Notes under the pieces: generated by a model
What the model saw: only the letters and a program-made list of their open reading frames with translations
What the model was told of the DNA's origin: nothing
Databases searched by the model: none
Part shown: positions 1-10,678 of the stretch, piece by piece
Position numbering within the stretch: position 1 is the first letter of the stretch
Layout: each line of letters starts with the position of its first letter
NCBI GenBank assembly: GCA_040396875.1
Contig: JBBAWZ010000001.1
Span: 110,198-174,197, forward strand
Origin: Bacilli bacterium
Lineage (GTDB): Bacteria; Bacillota_I; Bacilli_A; RFN20; CAG-826
Direction: 5' to 3'
DNA: 64,000 bases
Made by a program: the position numbers and the translations under genes

Positions 1-6
1 TTACCA

Positions 7-750
7 ATGAATCACCATTGGATGAAAAGTTTTTTTATTGGAAGTTATATTTTATTTACATCAATGATGTTGCTTTGGTTTTGGCAACCCATCGATTGGA
101 TCTTGTTGGCGATGATGTTAGCCTTATTGACCGTTACTTGGTTGAGCTATTTATACCGGAAAGTAAAACACTTGGACGAAGTGATGATGAAGCATTACTT
201 AGCGTTGATTGTCGATACCGAGCAATTGAAGCGTTTTCATCAATGGAAGCAAGGTTGGTTCGGATTACCCTTAAATAAGCTCTATCGATTATTGGTTTTA
301 ACCGGCACCGTCATCTATATCTGTTTTGCATCCCCTTTATTTCTTATTATCCTAGGGATTTATCATGGCGTTCTTTCACTATGGATTCCAAAATTGAATC
401 AACATGATGATGCTGAAGTGGGTACCATTGGAAAAATGGAGCAATCACTAAAATACCCCTTCATTCCCTTAAAAGATTTTCAACAACTGTCCGAACGAGT
501 CTATCAATTGGTTCATTTTCGATTATGGGGTTGGATACTAGCAATGATGGTGGCAATAGGATTCGTGTGGATCTATCAGCAACTTTTTTACTTTGAGGCG
601 TTTTTAACATGGTTCACCATGGTTTCATTACTGATCCTAAGTTATCACCACCATCACGCGTTATATCGTTATCCAAAAGAAAAAAAAGAATGGAGGCAAC
701 TAGGGTTTATCTTTTTGAACAGCAAGGATTATGTTAAAATAAAAGTGTGA
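7..750 (+). CDS. hypothetical polytopic membrane protein, no family recognised
   Basis: 247-aa ORF with several hydrophobic helices (FFIGSYILFTSMMLLWFW, ILLAMMLALLTVTWLSYL, LLVLTGTVIYICFASPLFLIILGIY, WGWILAMMVAIGFVWIY, FLTWFTMVSLLILSY). Its TGA overlaps the GTG start of ybeY (GTGA). Confidence 0.5.
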   Translation: MNHHWMKSFFIGSYILFTSMMLLWFWQPIDWILLAMMLALLTVTWLSYLYRKVKHLDEVMMKHYLALIVDTEQLKRFHQWKQGWFGLPLNKLYRLLVLTGTVIYICFASPLFLIILGIYHGVLSLWIPKLNQHDDAEVGTIGKMEQSLKYPFIPLKDFQQLSERVYQLVHFRLWGWILAMMVAIGFVWIYQQLFYFEAFLTWFTMVSLLILSYHHHHALYRYPKEKKEWRQLGFIFLNSKDYVKIKV

Positions 751-1193
751 ATATCGACTTAATTGCACCTAAAATTCTTCATTCTTATCACTTACTTACT
801 CGCTATTCATTTTTGTTAAATAAAACATTAAAGGTAACCGGACATTCTAAGAATTCTTTCGTAGATGTATTGATAACAACAAATAAAGTCATTCAACGAT
901 ACAACTTAAAATATCTAAATCATGATTATCCTACCGATGTTTTAAGTTTTCCTCTAGAACTTGATGCACCTTCTTCAAGTGATAAAAAAATTATCTTAGG
1001 TCAAATCGTGATTAATTATCAAAAAGCATTTATTCAGGCAAAAACCTATGGTCATACCAAGGAGAGAGAACTATCTTTCCTATTTGTCCATGGTTTATTG
1101 CATTTATTGGGTTATCATCATGACACCAAAAATGAAGAAGACCTCATGATCAAACTACAAGATCAAATCTTGGGAAAAAGGAAACCAATATGA
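747..1193 (+). CDS. ybeY: rRNA maturation endoribonuclease YbeY
   Basis: Zinc motif FVHGLLHLLGYHHD near the C-terminus, about 148 aa, position directly before cdd-era as in Firmicutes. GTG start. Confidence 0.85.
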   Translation: MNIDLIAPKILHSYHLLTRYSFLLNKTLKVTGHSKNSFVDVLITTNKVIQRYNLKYLNHDYPTDVLSFPLELDAPSSSDKKIILGQIVINYQKAFIQAKTYGHTKERELSFLFVHGLLHLLGYHHDTKNEEDLMIKLQDQILGKRKPI

Positions 1194-1591
1194 AACCAGA
1201 ACAACTCATTCAACATGCAATTGATGCAACAAAAAATTGTCATGTACCTTACTCTAAATTTAAAGTTGGTGCTGCTATCTTGATGAAAGATGGAACGATT
1301 GTTACTGGCGCTAACATTGAAAATTCTTCATATGGCTTATCGATGTGCGCGGAAAGAACGGCTCTTTACCATGCTCATCTTAATGGATTCCGAAAGGATG
1401 ATATCGTCAGTATGGCTGTGATTGGACCTACTTCTGACCCAATTTCTCCTTGTGGCGCTTGTCGGCAAGTCATGCATGAATTAATGCATGCCAATACACC
1501 CATCATTCTCTCTAACCTGAAAAAACAGATTAAAAACACCACACCAGAAAGCTTATTACCGTATGCATTTTCGAGTAAGGATTTAAAATAA
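1190..1591 (+). CDS. cdd: cytidine deaminase
   Basis: CAERTA and PCGACRQ zinc-ligand motifs, 133 aa. ATGA overlap with ybeY. Confidence 0.9.
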   Translation: MKPEQLIQHAIDATKNCHVPYSKFKVGAAILMKDGTIVTGANIENSSYGLSMCAERTALYHAHLNGFRKDDIVSMAVIGPTSDPISPCGACRQVMHELMHANTPIILSNLKKQIKNTTPESLLPYAFSSKDLK

Positions 1592-2463
1592 TGAAATCTG
1601 GATTTGTTGCGATTATTGGTAGACCGAATGCAGGAAAGTCGACCTTATTAAATGCCATTATTGGTAAAAAGATTTCGATTGTCTCTAACAAACCGCAAAC
1701 CACAAGACTAGCAATTCAAGGCGTCTATCATGAAAAGAATTTACAAATTGTCTTTGTTGATACCCCTGGTATTCATAAACCTAAAGCAAGATTAGGGGAA
1801 ATTATGAATGCTCAAGCTTATGCATCCCTTCAAGATATTGATATGGTGCTTTTACTGGTTGATGCAAGCAAAGCTTTTGGTCCGGGTGATCAGTTTATTG
1901 TTAGCCGATTGAGCCATCTACCCAACGTGATGGTCGTGTTTAACAAAATTGACCTTACCAATGTAGCCTTGATTGAATCGCTTAAAAAAGCCTACTTAAC
2001 GGTTTTGCCACAAGCCAAACAATTTGAAATTTCTGCTGTTAAAAAAACTTTTATTGAGGATTTAATTGAAGCGATCAAGCCTAATTTAAAAACTGGCCCT
2101 GCTTTCTTTCCAAAAGATGTGTTGACGAATTTCCCAGAAAGCTTTCAATTAATGGAAGCTATTCGTGAACAAGTCCTTCATTTGACTTATGAAGAAATTC
2201 CCCACAGTGTTGCGATTGTAATTGATCAATTAAAATCGGAAAAACAACACCGCACGTTGTATGCTTCAATTATTGTAGAAAAAGATTCCCAAAAGGGTAT
2301 TTTGATTGGTAAAAATGGAAGTATGTTAAAGAAAATTCGTCAACGTGTGATGCAACAAGTAGAAAAAAATATGGGTTTAACTTTGTCTTTAGAATTGTTC
2401 ATTAAGGTTGAACCGAATTGGCGAGACTCACCTAATCGTCTCAAGGAGTATGGATTATTTTAA
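1591..2463 (+). CDS. era: GTPase Era
   Basis: G1 GRPNAGKST, G3 DTPG, G4 NKID, C-terminal KH-like region, cdd-era-recO synteny. Confidence 0.95.
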   Translation: MKSGFVAIIGRPNAGKSTLLNAIIGKKISIVSNKPQTTRLAIQGVYHEKNLQIVFVDTPGIHKPKARLGEIMNAQAYASLQDIDMVLLLVDASKAFGPGDQFIVSRLSHLPNVMVVFNKIDLTNVALIESLKKAYLTVLPQAKQFEISAVKKTFIEDLIEAIKPNLKTGPAFFPKDVLTNFPESFQLMEAIREQVLHLTYEEIPHSVAIVIDQLKSEKQHRTLYASIIVEKDSQKGILIGKNGSMLKKIRQRVMQQVEKNMGLTLSLELFIKVEPNWRDSPNRLKEYGLF

Positions 2464-3164
2464 AAACCCTACCGGTCTTTATTCTTAGACAAACACCTTA
2501 TCGAAATGCTGATTTAATTCTTACAGGATTATCACCTGAAGGTTATTTAACCATTCACGCAAGAGGGGCCCTTAAGATGACCTCACCATTTCAAGCGATG
2601 GTTTCTTTAGGGGCTTGGTCAGAGATAACCATCAATCAAAGTAAAGATAAAGCTTATTTAGAGAAGGCCAATCTAATTACTTTTGCACCATTGCCTGATC
2701 GTGAAGGTTTAATGGCTTCCCTTGTCATGCAAGTCATTCTACAAATTCTATTGCTCGATGAAGAAATTGATCATCCATCTGAAATTTATCAACGTTTGGT
2801 TGAGATCCGTCGCCATATGGATCTTGCTTTATCAAATTATCTGAAGTTTCTAATTCAATATCTAGACGACCAAGGTCTACCAATCATTGTGGATTATTGT
2901 GTAAATTGTCAAAATAAACTCAAAATTGTTGGAATTAATCCACAATTGGGTGGATTTATTTGTCAATCGTGTCTTCCTAAAGTTTCTGCAACGTTATTAT
3001 CAGCAGAATCGCTTAAACTTATGAGGAGTATTCGCCATAAAACCTATGCAGAAGCAATCAGTCCTTCCTTAACTAAAATGCTCATACCATTGGTTCACGA
3101 GCACTTTAACTTTCATTTGGATGTCCACGTAGAAGGTTTTAAAACCATTGAAAAAATAATGTAA
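2454..3164 (+). CDS. recO: DNA repair protein RecO (start uncertain, probably non-ATG)
   Basis: The track ORF starts at ATG 2577. The same frame stays open from 2436 and encodes KTLPVFILRQTPYRNADLILTGLSPEGYLTIHARGALK, the conserved RecO OB-fold N-terminus (compare B. subtilis ...EGIVLR...ARGARK). AAGGAG at 2443-2448 precedes ATT codons at 2454 and 2457. C-terminal Cys cluster CVNC...CQSC. Confidence 0.75.
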   Translation: MILKTLPVFILRQTPYRNADLILTGLSPEGYLTIHARGALKMTSPFQAMVSLGAWSEITINQSKDKAYLEKANLITFAPLPDREGLMASLVMQVILQILLLDEEIDHPSEIYQRLVEIRRHMDLALSNYLKFLIQYLDDQGLPIIVDYCVNCQNKLKIVGINPQLGGFICQSCLPKVSATLLSAESLKLMRSIRHKTYAEAISPSLTKMLIPLVHEHFNFHLDVHVEGFKTIEKIM

Positions 3165-3238
3165 TGAATACACTTATAGTAGGTTGACACTTATACATAA
3201 AATTGACAAAATAAGAATCGTGCGCGAAAGGAAACAAC

Positions 3239-4609
3239 ATGAATCCATTAACCTTTGAACAACTCGTCACTCATTTAACCAGTACAGGTTTTGTCTTTCA
3301 AGGATCTGAAATCTATGGGGGATTATCGAATACGTGGGATTATGGTCCTCTTGGGGTTGAACTCATTAATAATTTAAAAAAGACATGGTGGAAAAAATTT
3401 GTCCAAGAATCACCCATGAATATTGGTATCGATTCAGCTATTTTGATGAATCCAAGAGTTTGGGAAGCAACTGGCCACGTTGCCACTTTTAATGATCCTT
3501 TAGTTGATTGTAAAAATTGCAAAACCAGACACAGAGCAGACCAATTGATTGCTGCTGCTAGACCCAATTTAGATATTTCTAAAATACCAGCTCAGGCTTT
3601 AGGTACTGTCTTAAAAGATGAAAAAATTGCCTGTCCCAAATGTGGAAGTCATGATTTTACCGATATTCGACAATTCAATATGATGTTTAAAACCCACATT
3701 GGAGTTATTGAAGATGCCAAAACGGTTGTTTATCTTCGTCCTGAAACAGCCCAAGGGGTTTTTGTTAATTTTAAATCTATTCAACGCACCACTCGTAAAA
3801 AGGTGCCATTTGGTGTAGCAAGTGTTGGTAAAGCCTTTCGAAACGAAATCACACCAGGAAATTTTACATTTCGAACCAGAGAATTTTCACAAATGGAACT
3901 AGAATTTTTCTGTAAACCTGGTACAGAAGCATCCTGGTATAAATTTTGGCAAGAAGCTTGTATGCAATATTTATCGTCGCTTGGTATTCAAAGTAAGCAT
4001 TTAAGAATTCGAGAACATAGTCCAGAAGAATTAGCTTTCTATTCGAAAGGTACCTCTGATATTGAATATCAATTCCCATTTGGTTGGGGTGAAGTTTGGG
4101 GTATTGCATCTCGAACTGACTATGACTTAAAGCAACACATGCAATTTAGTAAAGAAGATTTACAATATCTTGATCCAGAAACAAACGAAAAATATATCCC
4201 ATATGTCATCGAACCATCTCTCGGTTTAGACCGGCTAGCACTGATGGTCTTAAGTGATGCATATCAAGAAGAAGTTTTAGAAAAAGACACACGTGTTGTT
4301 TTGAAGTTACACCCCGCCATTGCTCCCTATAAAATTGCGATCCTTCCATTGAGTAAACAACTCAATGAAAAATCGCAAGAAGTAATGACGATTTTATCAA
4401 AGCATTTTATGGTCACCTATGATGAGTCTGGTAGCATCGGAAAACGTTACCGTCGACAAGACATGATTGGTACACCTTATTGTGTGACGATTGACTTTGA
4501 ATCTCAAAATGATCAAAGTGTAACCATTCGTGAACGAGATTCTATGAAACAACTTAGAATGCCGATTGATGATTTAATTAGATATTTCAATGTTAAGTTA
4601 TTCTATTAG
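3239..4609 (+). CDS. glyQS: glycine--tRNA ligase (alpha2 type)
   Basis: 456 aa, class II aaRS motifs ([30 protein letters not shown]), recO-glyQS-dnaG-rpoD synteny. Confidence 0.95.
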   Translation: MNPLTFEQLVTHLTSTGFVFQGSEIYGGLSNTWDYGPLGVELINNLKKTWWKKFVQESPMNIGIDSAILMNPRVWEATGHVATFNDPLVDCKNCKTRHRADQLIAAARPNLDISKIPAQALGTVLKDEKIACPKCGSHDFTDIRQFNMMFKTHIGVIEDAKTVVYLRPETAQGVFVNFKSIQRTTRKKVPFGVASVGKAFRNEITPGNFTFRTREFSQMELEFFCKPGTEASWYKFWQEACMQYLSSLGIQSKHLRIREHSPEELAFYSKGTSDIEYQFPFGWGEVWGIASRTDYDLKQHMQFSKEDLQYLDPETNEKYIPYVIEPSLGLDRLALMVLSDAYQEEVLEKDTRVVLKLHPAIAPYKIAILPLSKQLNEKSQEVMTILSKHFMVTYDESGSIGKRYRRQDMIGTPYCVTIDFESQNDQSVTIRERDSMKQLRMPIDDLIRYFNVKLFY

Positions 4610-4665
4610 TATTTATTTAGTACATATTTAGTAATTATATAAACTTTGGAAAGGAGGATACGTTC

Positions 4666-6474
4666 ATGAATTTTGACCGTCAGTTGATTGATGATTTATT
4701 GAAAAAAGCCGATATTACAAATATCGTTTCGCGATATATTCCCGTCACCAAAAAAGGTCGTAATTTTGTTGCACTTTGTCCTTTCCATGATGATAAGAAT
4801 CCTTCCTTAAGTATTAGCCCTGATAAACAGATTTTTAAATGCTTTGTTTGTGGAACAGGTGGGTCGGCGATTACCTTTGTCCAAAATTATGAAAAAATCT
4901 CTTTCCCACAAGCTGTAAAAAAAGTTGCGGATTGGGTTGGCTACTCTGACCCTAGATTAATGGTTAATGATCAGGCTATTCAAAGAGATGAAAAACTTGA
5001 GCCTTTCTTTAAATGTTTAGAAGACTTATTGGAATACTATCATTTTGGTTTAGCAAGTGAAGAAGGAAAATTGGCTCGAGACTATTTATTACAAAGGGGT
5101 CTTGATCAACCGGTCCTTGAAACATTCAAAATTGGATACGCTTTAAAAGACGGATCTACCACGATTCAATATTTAATTAAACGTGGTCATTTAAGAAATG
5201 TCATTGAATCCCTTGGCATCACGGCAAGTAGTAATCAACAAGTCGATCGACTTTCAGGCAGAATCATTTTCCCAATACACAATCGCGATGGTAGGGTCGT
5301 AGGATTTTCTGGACGTTTGCTTGAAAATATTGACGGTCAGGCTAAATATGTTAACTCCACCGATTCGCCAATTTTTACCAAAGGGCAAATCCTCTATAAC
5401 TACCATCAAGTTAAACTCTCCAGTAAACGATCAGGGTTTGTTTACTTGTTGGAAGGTTTCATGGATGTGATTGCTTTACATCGGGCAAATATTCCACAAG
5501 CAATAGCCTTAATGGGAACGGCTGTTACGAACCAGCACATCAAATTGTTACAATCTCTTGGTGTTGAAATCCGCATTTGTTTAGATCAAGACCAAGCAGG
5601 ACAGGTCGCGATGATGAAGATGATACAACCTTTAAGTAAAGCCAATGTTTCATTCCGTTTTGTTATTGCCGATAAAGAAACACGAGACGCAGATGAAATA
5701 TTATTATCAGACGGGGAAAAAGGTCTTCAAAACTATTTACAACAACTTGTGCCTAAAATGGATTTTAGTTTCCATTTTTACCAAAAAGTGATGCCACTTA
5801 CATCCACGGAACAACGTGTTGCTTTCATTAATCGGATGTTGCCGTTGATTGCAATCGCTCCTGAACTTGAACAAATTGATTACTTAAAGCGATTAGGTCA
5901 ACTCACCAACTATGCACTTAAAGATTTACAATCTTCACTTAAGTCCATTCAAACTCAACAACAAGATTATTTTGAAGAATATCGACCCGAAATTAAAGTT
6001 CTGAATCGTTTAAAAAGAGCTGAAAAGGCAATTCTATTTAATATGTTTCAAAGTCAAGACGCCATTAACCTCTATCAAGCAGATGTCAAATTCTTTCATG
6101 ATGACATCTACAGACAAATTGCTAATTATTTTATGGAAATCTATCAAAGTGATCCGCCCGACCATCAATCCTTAATCAATCACATTAGTTTGATTGGGGG
6201 TAAGGATCAGCAAAAAATAATCAACACCATTGCTGAATTGATGAGTGAAAAAAACCTTCCCAAAGCCGACAAACAACAACTACTCGATTACCTTAAAGCC
6301 TTAAACGAGGAACGAGACAAGTTAGTCAAAACGCACCAGCTTAACGTCAGCATCGCCGGCAAGTCTGCACCAGAACAAGCTCGGATTATTAAAGAGTTAC
6401 ACAAAAAGGCAAACCCTGAATTAACCAAAGGAGAAAATGAAAATGAAAACGAAGAAAAAAACACCAAAAAATAA
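4666..6474 (+). CDS. dnaG: DNA primase
   Basis: Zinc ribbon [32 protein letters not shown] segment [17 protein letters not shown] Shine-Dalgarno sequence upstream. Confidence 0.95.
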   Translation: MNFDRQLIDDLLKKADITNIVSRYIPVTKKGRNFVALCPFHDDKNPSLSISPDKQIFKCFVCGTGGSAITFVQNYEKISFPQAVKKVADWVGYSDPRLMVNDQAIQRDEKLEPFFKCLEDLLEYYHFGLASEEGKLARDYLLQRGLDQPVLETFKIGYALKDGSTTIQYLIKRGHLRNVIESLGITASSNQQVDRLSGRIIFPIHNRDGRVVGFSGRLLENIDGQAKYVNSTDSPIFTKGQILYNYHQVKLSSKRSGFVYLLEGFMDVIALHRANIPQAIALMGTAVTNQHIKLLQSLGVEIRICLDQDQAGQVAMMKMIQPLSKANVSFRFVIADKETRDADEILLSDGEKGLQNYLQQLVPKMDFSFHFYQKVMPLTSTEQRVAFINRMLPLIAIAPELEQIDYLKRLGQLTNYALKDLQSSLKSIQTQQQDYFEEYRPEIKVLNRLKRAEKAILFNMFQSQDAINLYQADVKFFHDDIYRQIANYFMEIYQSDPPDHQSLINHISLIGGKDQQKIINTIAELMSEKNLPKADKQQLLDYLKALNEERDKLVKTHQLNVSIAGKSAPEQARIIKELHKKANPELTKGENENENEEKNTKK

Positions 6475-7927
6475 AATAGTAAAGGTAAGCAAACCGGTAA
6501 AAACACTTTCCAAAAAAATGGCCAAACCGAAAGGCGTAAGTAAAGGTGTGGCAAAGAAAGCGATCAAAGCTAAACCAGCTTTAAAACCTGTACCGGTGAC
6601 TTTAAAACCAACTAAGCTAGAAAAATTGGACAAAAAAACTAAGACGCCTACAGCGCCTAGAATGATTCCTGCAAAGGTTGTTAAAGGCAAAAAAGCTTCA
6701 TTAAATGAAGGTGAAAAGAAATTACTTTCTCGTTTGTCAAAAAAGATGGTCTCTGATGAAGATGATGACATCGAAACATTAGATCAAATTAAAAAACGTT
6801 TTGAAAAGAAGGCCGGCACAGAAGGTTTTATTATTCAAGATGAGTTGTTTGATGCAATTGAGCATCTAGATTTAACAGATGAGGATTCAGAAAATCTATT
6901 GGTTTATTTTAAAAACAAGAAAATTGAAATCAAAATAGAAGATGAAGATTTAGAAGAAGAAGTCGATGAAGAAGAAATCAAAAAAGGTGTTGCTGTCGCA
7001 GATGAACCTTTTGAAACAGAATATGAACCCGATGTTTCTGAAGATGAGGTCGATGTCAACAAAGTCGATGTATTTGCCAATTCTGAAGTTAAGGTCAATG
7101 ACTCAGTCAAAATGTATTTAAAGGAAATAGGTAAAGTTGATTTGCTTAAACCTGATGAAGAAGTGGCGATTGCAAAAGCAATTATCGCCGGGGATATGGA
7201 AGCTAAGAATAAGTTAATCAACGCAAACTTACGCTTAGTTGTGAACCTAGCAAAGCACTACGTTGGCCGTGGGATGCTCTTCTTAGACCTGATTCAAGAA
7301 GGCAACATGGGATTGATTAAGGCTGTTGAAAAATTTGATTACACCAAAGGTTTTAAATTCTCCACGTACGCTACCTGGTGGATTCGTCAAGCAATTACAC
7401 GTGCGATTGCCGACCAAGCAAGAACGATTCGTATTCCTGTGCACATGGTTGAAACAATAAATAAGATGACCCGCGTGCAAAGACAATTGGTTCAAGAATT
7501 AGGTCGAGAACCAACGGCAGAAGAAATTAGTAAAAAACTCGAAGGTTTGATGTCCCCTGAAAGAATTCGCGAGATTCAACGTATCGCCTTAGAACCAGTT
7601 TCTTTAGAAACACCGATTGGTGAAGAAGATGATTCTCACTTAGGTGACTTTATTGAAGACAAAGAAGCAACCTCACCATCTGATCACACAACGCAAGTTT
7701 TACTAAAAGAAGAATTGTATAAAATTATGCAAGATCTTACCGACCGAGAAGAAAGAGTTCTTCGACTTCGATATGGCTTGGATGATAACCGTCCTCGTAC
7801 ATTAGAAGAAGTGGGTCATGAATTTGGTGTGACCCGTGAACGGATTCGCCAAATCGAAGCCAAAGCGATTCGTAAATTACGTCACCCAACACGGGCGAAA
7901 CGTCTTGGGGATTATCGCGATTCCTAA
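6437..7927 (+). CDS. rpoD: primary sigma factor (SigA/RpoD) with Lys-rich N-terminal extension
   Basis: Regions 2-4 are almost identical to the B. subtilis SigA sequence as I recall it ([33 protein letters not shown]; [30 protein letters not shown]). AAAGGAGAAA lies directly upstream of ATG 6437. Overlaps the dnaG end by 38 nt. Confidence 0.95.
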   Translation: MKMKTKKKTPKNKIVKVSKPVKTLSKKMAKPKGVSKGVAKKAIKAKPALKPVPVTLKPTKLEKLDKKTKTPTAPRMIPAKVVKGKKASLNEGEKKLLSRLSKKMVSDEDDDIETLDQIKKRFEKKAGTEGFIIQDELFDAIEHLDLTDEDSENLLVYFKNKKIEIKIEDEDLEEEVDEEEIKKGVAVADEPFETEYEPDVSEDEVDVNKVDVFANSEVKVNDSVKMYLKEIGKVDLLKPDEEVAIAKAIIAGDMEAKNKLINANLRLVVNLAKHYVGRGMLFLDLIQEGNMGLIKAVEKFDYTKGFKFSTYATWWIRQAITRAIADQARTIRIPVHMVETINKMTRVQRQLVQELGREPTAEEISKKLEGLMSPERIREIQRIALEPVSLETPIGEEDDSHLGDFIEDKEATSPSDHTTQVLLKEELYKIMQDLTDREERVLRLRYGLDDNRPRTLEEVGHEFGVTRERIRQIEAKAIRKLRHPTRAKRLGDYRDS

Positions 7928-7929
7928 AA

Positions 7930-8568
7930 ATGCCTTCTCAACGTTTGCAAGTTATCGCATCGATGTGTCCTGATCAAGGCAATCTTGTAGATATTGGCTC
8001 TGATCATGGCATGCTTCCTCAATTATTATTGAAGCAAGGTTTTACTGCATCTTTATACGCGACAGAACTGAGTCAAGATAGTTTTCAACATTTAAAGCAT
8101 CAATTAATCGACCTTCCAGTTCGGGTCTATCAGGCTGATGGATTAAATCAACTTCCCAAAGAGGTCGCAACGATTGTCATCACCGGAATGGGTGGGCAAT
8201 TGATTCAGTCAATCCTTGAAGCTGGTCAAACAAAATTACGTCATATTCAAACGCTTATTCTTGGACCTCAACGTGACCAAGAATTATTGAGGGCTTGGTT
8301 GATGAAACATGAATGGAATATTATTGATGAGCGATTTGTTTTAGAAGATCAAAAGGGCTATCCATTGATGAAAGTTGTCAAAGGCAAGATGCACCTAGCG
8401 CCGATTGAACTTGCTTATGGACCTTATAATATTCAAAGGCGAGAACAAGCTTTTATTTCCTGGCTCAAGTTAGAATCCCAAACCCTTCAGAAAGTCATTA
8501 CATTTCATAACGATGACGATAAGCGTCGCCGCTTAGAATGGATTGAAACCTATGTTAAAAACAGCTAA
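7930..8568 (+). CDS. trmK: tRNA (adenine22-N1)-methyltransferase TrmK-like
   Basis: LVDIGSDHGMLP SAM-binding-like N-terminus, about 212 aa, position after rpoD and before the Nif3 gene as with B. subtilis yqfN. Confidence 0.7.
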   Translation: MPSQRLQVIASMCPDQGNLVDIGSDHGMLPQLLLKQGFTASLYATELSQDSFQHLKHQLIDLPVRVYQADGLNQLPKEVATIVITGMGGQLIQSILEAGQTKLRHIQTLILGPQRDQELLRAWLMKHEWNIIDERFVLEDQKGYPLMKVVKGKMHLAPIELAYGPYNIQRREQAFISWLKLESQTLQKVITFHNDDDKRRRLEWIETYVKNS

Positions 8569-9322
8569 ATTACTACGTGCATTTGGAAAGGATTTTCCAA
8601 AGCGATTAGCAAAACCCTATGGCGATTATGTTGGGCTTATGTGCGGAAAACTTCCAAAAGTCCTCCAAAAGATTGTGATTGTTCTCGACATGGAATGGAT
8701 TATTTTGGATGACATTATTAAAGAAAAACCTGATCTAGTGATTACCCATCATCCATTGATTTACGGGTCACGACACCAAGTATTCAAGCAAGATCTTATT
8801 CGAAAAAAAATGGTGATCATGTTAGAAAAAAATCGAATCCCTGTTTATTCCCTTCACACCAATTTTGATGCTGGCCATGGTGGGATGAATGATGCGATTG
8901 CCAAGGCGATTGGTCTTGTCGATGTTACGCCACTCAAAGGTGATGTTTTAGCTCGTGGTGGTCAATTAGCGAAACCCATGCAACTTGAAGCATTTGCTAC
9001 GATGGTAAAGGATAAACTGAAGTTACCTTACGCCCATTTAATTGCTGAAGGTAAACCTATCATTGAACGCGTTGCGTTAATTGGAGGCGGTGGTGCAAAA
9101 TATTATCCAACCGCGATTGAAGAAGGATACGATATTTTCCTATCGGGCGATAGTGCGCATCATGTTCGTCGTGGCATCGTAAATGCACGTTTTAACTATC
9201 TTGAAATTGCTCATGAAGTTGAATCTATTTTTATTCCGACGATGGCAGCATATTTAAAACAACTCGATCCAACCTTAACGATTGTTACTCGCTTTGTTCA
9301 AGCCTATCCGACCTTGATTTGA
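8552..9322 (+). CDS. Nif3-family dinuclear metal centre protein (YqfO-like)
   Basis: DLVITHHPLIYG and GDSAHH motifs typical of the NIF3/GTP cyclohydrolase 1 type 2 family. The track start is TTG 8543. ATG 8552 (MLKTAKLL) is preferred. Confidence 0.8.
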   Translation: MLKTAKLLRAFGKDFPKRLAKPYGDYVGLMCGKLPKVLQKIVIVLDMEWIILDDIIKEKPDLVITHHPLIYGSRHQVFKQDLIRKKMVIMLEKNRIPVYSLHTNFDAGHGGMNDAIAKAIGLVDVTPLKGDVLARGGQLAKPMQLEAFATMVKDKLKLPYAHLIAEGKPIIERVALIGGGGAKYYPTAIEEGYDIFLSGDSAHHVRRGIVNARFNYLEIAHEVESIFIPTMAAYLKQLDPTLTIVTRFVQAYPTLI

Positions 9323-9334
9323 TACACTAAGCAT

Positions 9335-10675
9335 ATGGAAACAGGATTACCCTTTACAAGTTATCATTTATCAGCGGTGTTAATTGAAGCCTTAACCAAG
9401 CTTGGATATACCCATACAACGCCAGTTCAATCTGCAGTGATTCCTCGTGCCTTACGAGGAGATTCCTTAGTGGTTCGTTACCAAACTGGAAGTGGGAAAA
9501 CCCATGCCTTTTTAATTCCAATGTTTGCAAACGTCAAACCAAAAGAAGGTTTACAAGTGATGGTGGTTTCACCGACCAGAGAGTTAGCCATCCAAACGTA
9601 TCAATTTGCGAAAACTTTAAATGACGCACTTGGTAATCCATTAAAGATCGTTTTATTACAAGGCGGATTTGATAAACAACATGATCAAGATAAACTTCAC
9701 CCTTTACCAGAAATTTTATTTGTGACCCCTGGTCGGTTGAATGAAATCGAAGGGATGATGGAACGTCAAGTTTATCAAGGTTTAAAAACCATTATTCTTG
9801 ATGAAGCTGATATGTTGATGGATCCTAGTTTTATTGAAAGCACCACCCACATCTTATCGACGCTTACAAAACCTCAAATTCTTGTATTTTCAGCCTCCAT
9901 GGCTGCACCTTTATTAAATCGATTGTCTAAATATTTTAAATCGGATAGCACTATTGAACCTAAAGAAAAATCAATCAATCCCACTGGTGTACGTCATGCC
10001 TTAATCGATATTAAACACCAAGATCCCATTCAGAGTATTGTTGACATCTTGTCGATTCGCAAACCTTATTTCCTATTAATCTTTGCCTCACGCGTTCAGC
10101 GCGTCATTCAAATTGAGCAAGCCTTGAAATCCCGACAATTAAAAGTGGCAAGTTTACATGGGGATCTTCAAGCAAGAGAACGTCGACATTTACTAAAACG
10201 CATTCAAAGCGGAGAATTTCAAATTGTGGTGGCTTCTGATATTGCAAGTCGTGGCATGGATTTACCCAATGTTTCTGATGTTTTAAGCGTTGATCTTCCT
10301 CAGGATTTAGATTATTACTTCCATCGGGCTGGTCGAGCTGGGCGCTTTAAAAACGAAGGCCAATCCTATGTGTTTTACAACTCACATGAAGAGGATAGTC
10401 TAGAACGATTAAAACAACGCGGTGTCCATTTTAGTTTATTAAGTCTAAAAAATTCACAATTGCAACCGATCAAGCATTTAAATCGCGGTAAGACATTTAA
10501 AAAAGAAGATGAGGCACTCAGTCGCGATATCAAGATTGCCATCCAAAAATACCGATCCAATGAAGTCAAACCAGGTTATAAAAAGAAAGTTAAATTAGCC
10601 GTTGAAAAAGTCAAGCATCAATACAAACGCAAGGCCATTAAAAAGAAGATTCGTGAAAGACTCTTTGGTAATTAA
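9335..10675 (+). CDS. cshB: DEAD-box ATP-dependent RNA helicase
   Basis: Q-motif region, TGSGKT, DEAD (ILDEADMLMD), SAS, HRAGRAGR, basic Lys-rich C-terminal tail. The trmK-nif3-helicase-nfo order matches B. subtilis yqfN-yqfO-cshB-nfo. Confidence 0.8.
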   Translation: METGLPFTSYHLSAVLIEALTKLGYTHTTPVQSAVIPRALRGDSLVVRYQTGSGKTHAFLIPMFANVKPKEGLQVMVVSPTRELAIQTYQFAKTLNDALGNPLKIVLLQGGFDKQHDQDKLHPLPEILFVTPGRLNEIEGMMERQVYQGLKTIILDEADMLMDPSFIESTTHILSTLTKPQILVFSASMAAPLLNRLSKYFKSDSTIEPKEKSINPTGVRHALIDIKHQDPIQSIVDILSIRKPYFLLIFASRVQRVIQIEQALKSRQLKVASLHGDLQARERRHLLKRIQSGEFQIVVASDIASRGMDLPNVSDVLSVDLPQDLDYYFHRAGRAGRFKNEGQSYVFYNSHEEDSLERLKQRGVHFSLLSLKNSQLQPIKHLNRGKTFKKEDEALSRDIKIAIQKYRSNEVKPGYKKKVKLAVEKVKHQYKRKAIKKKIRERLFGN

Positions 10676-10678
10676 ACC

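Noticed and set aside
3176-3215. Duplicated ACACTTATA and TTGACA words upstream of glyQS (possible dual -35 or operator)
   Set aside because: Neither TTGACA has a convincing -10 at 16-18 nt, the repeat is short, and there is no T-box or other known leader in the 74-nt spacer. The evidence is insufficient for a call.
6418-6470. GAAAAT/GAAAAC short tandem repeat (ENENENEE) at the dnaG end and rpoD start
   Set aside because: It is a low-complexity coding repeat within overlapping genes and too short to be a regulatory array. It is noted only as a possible slippage-prone tract.
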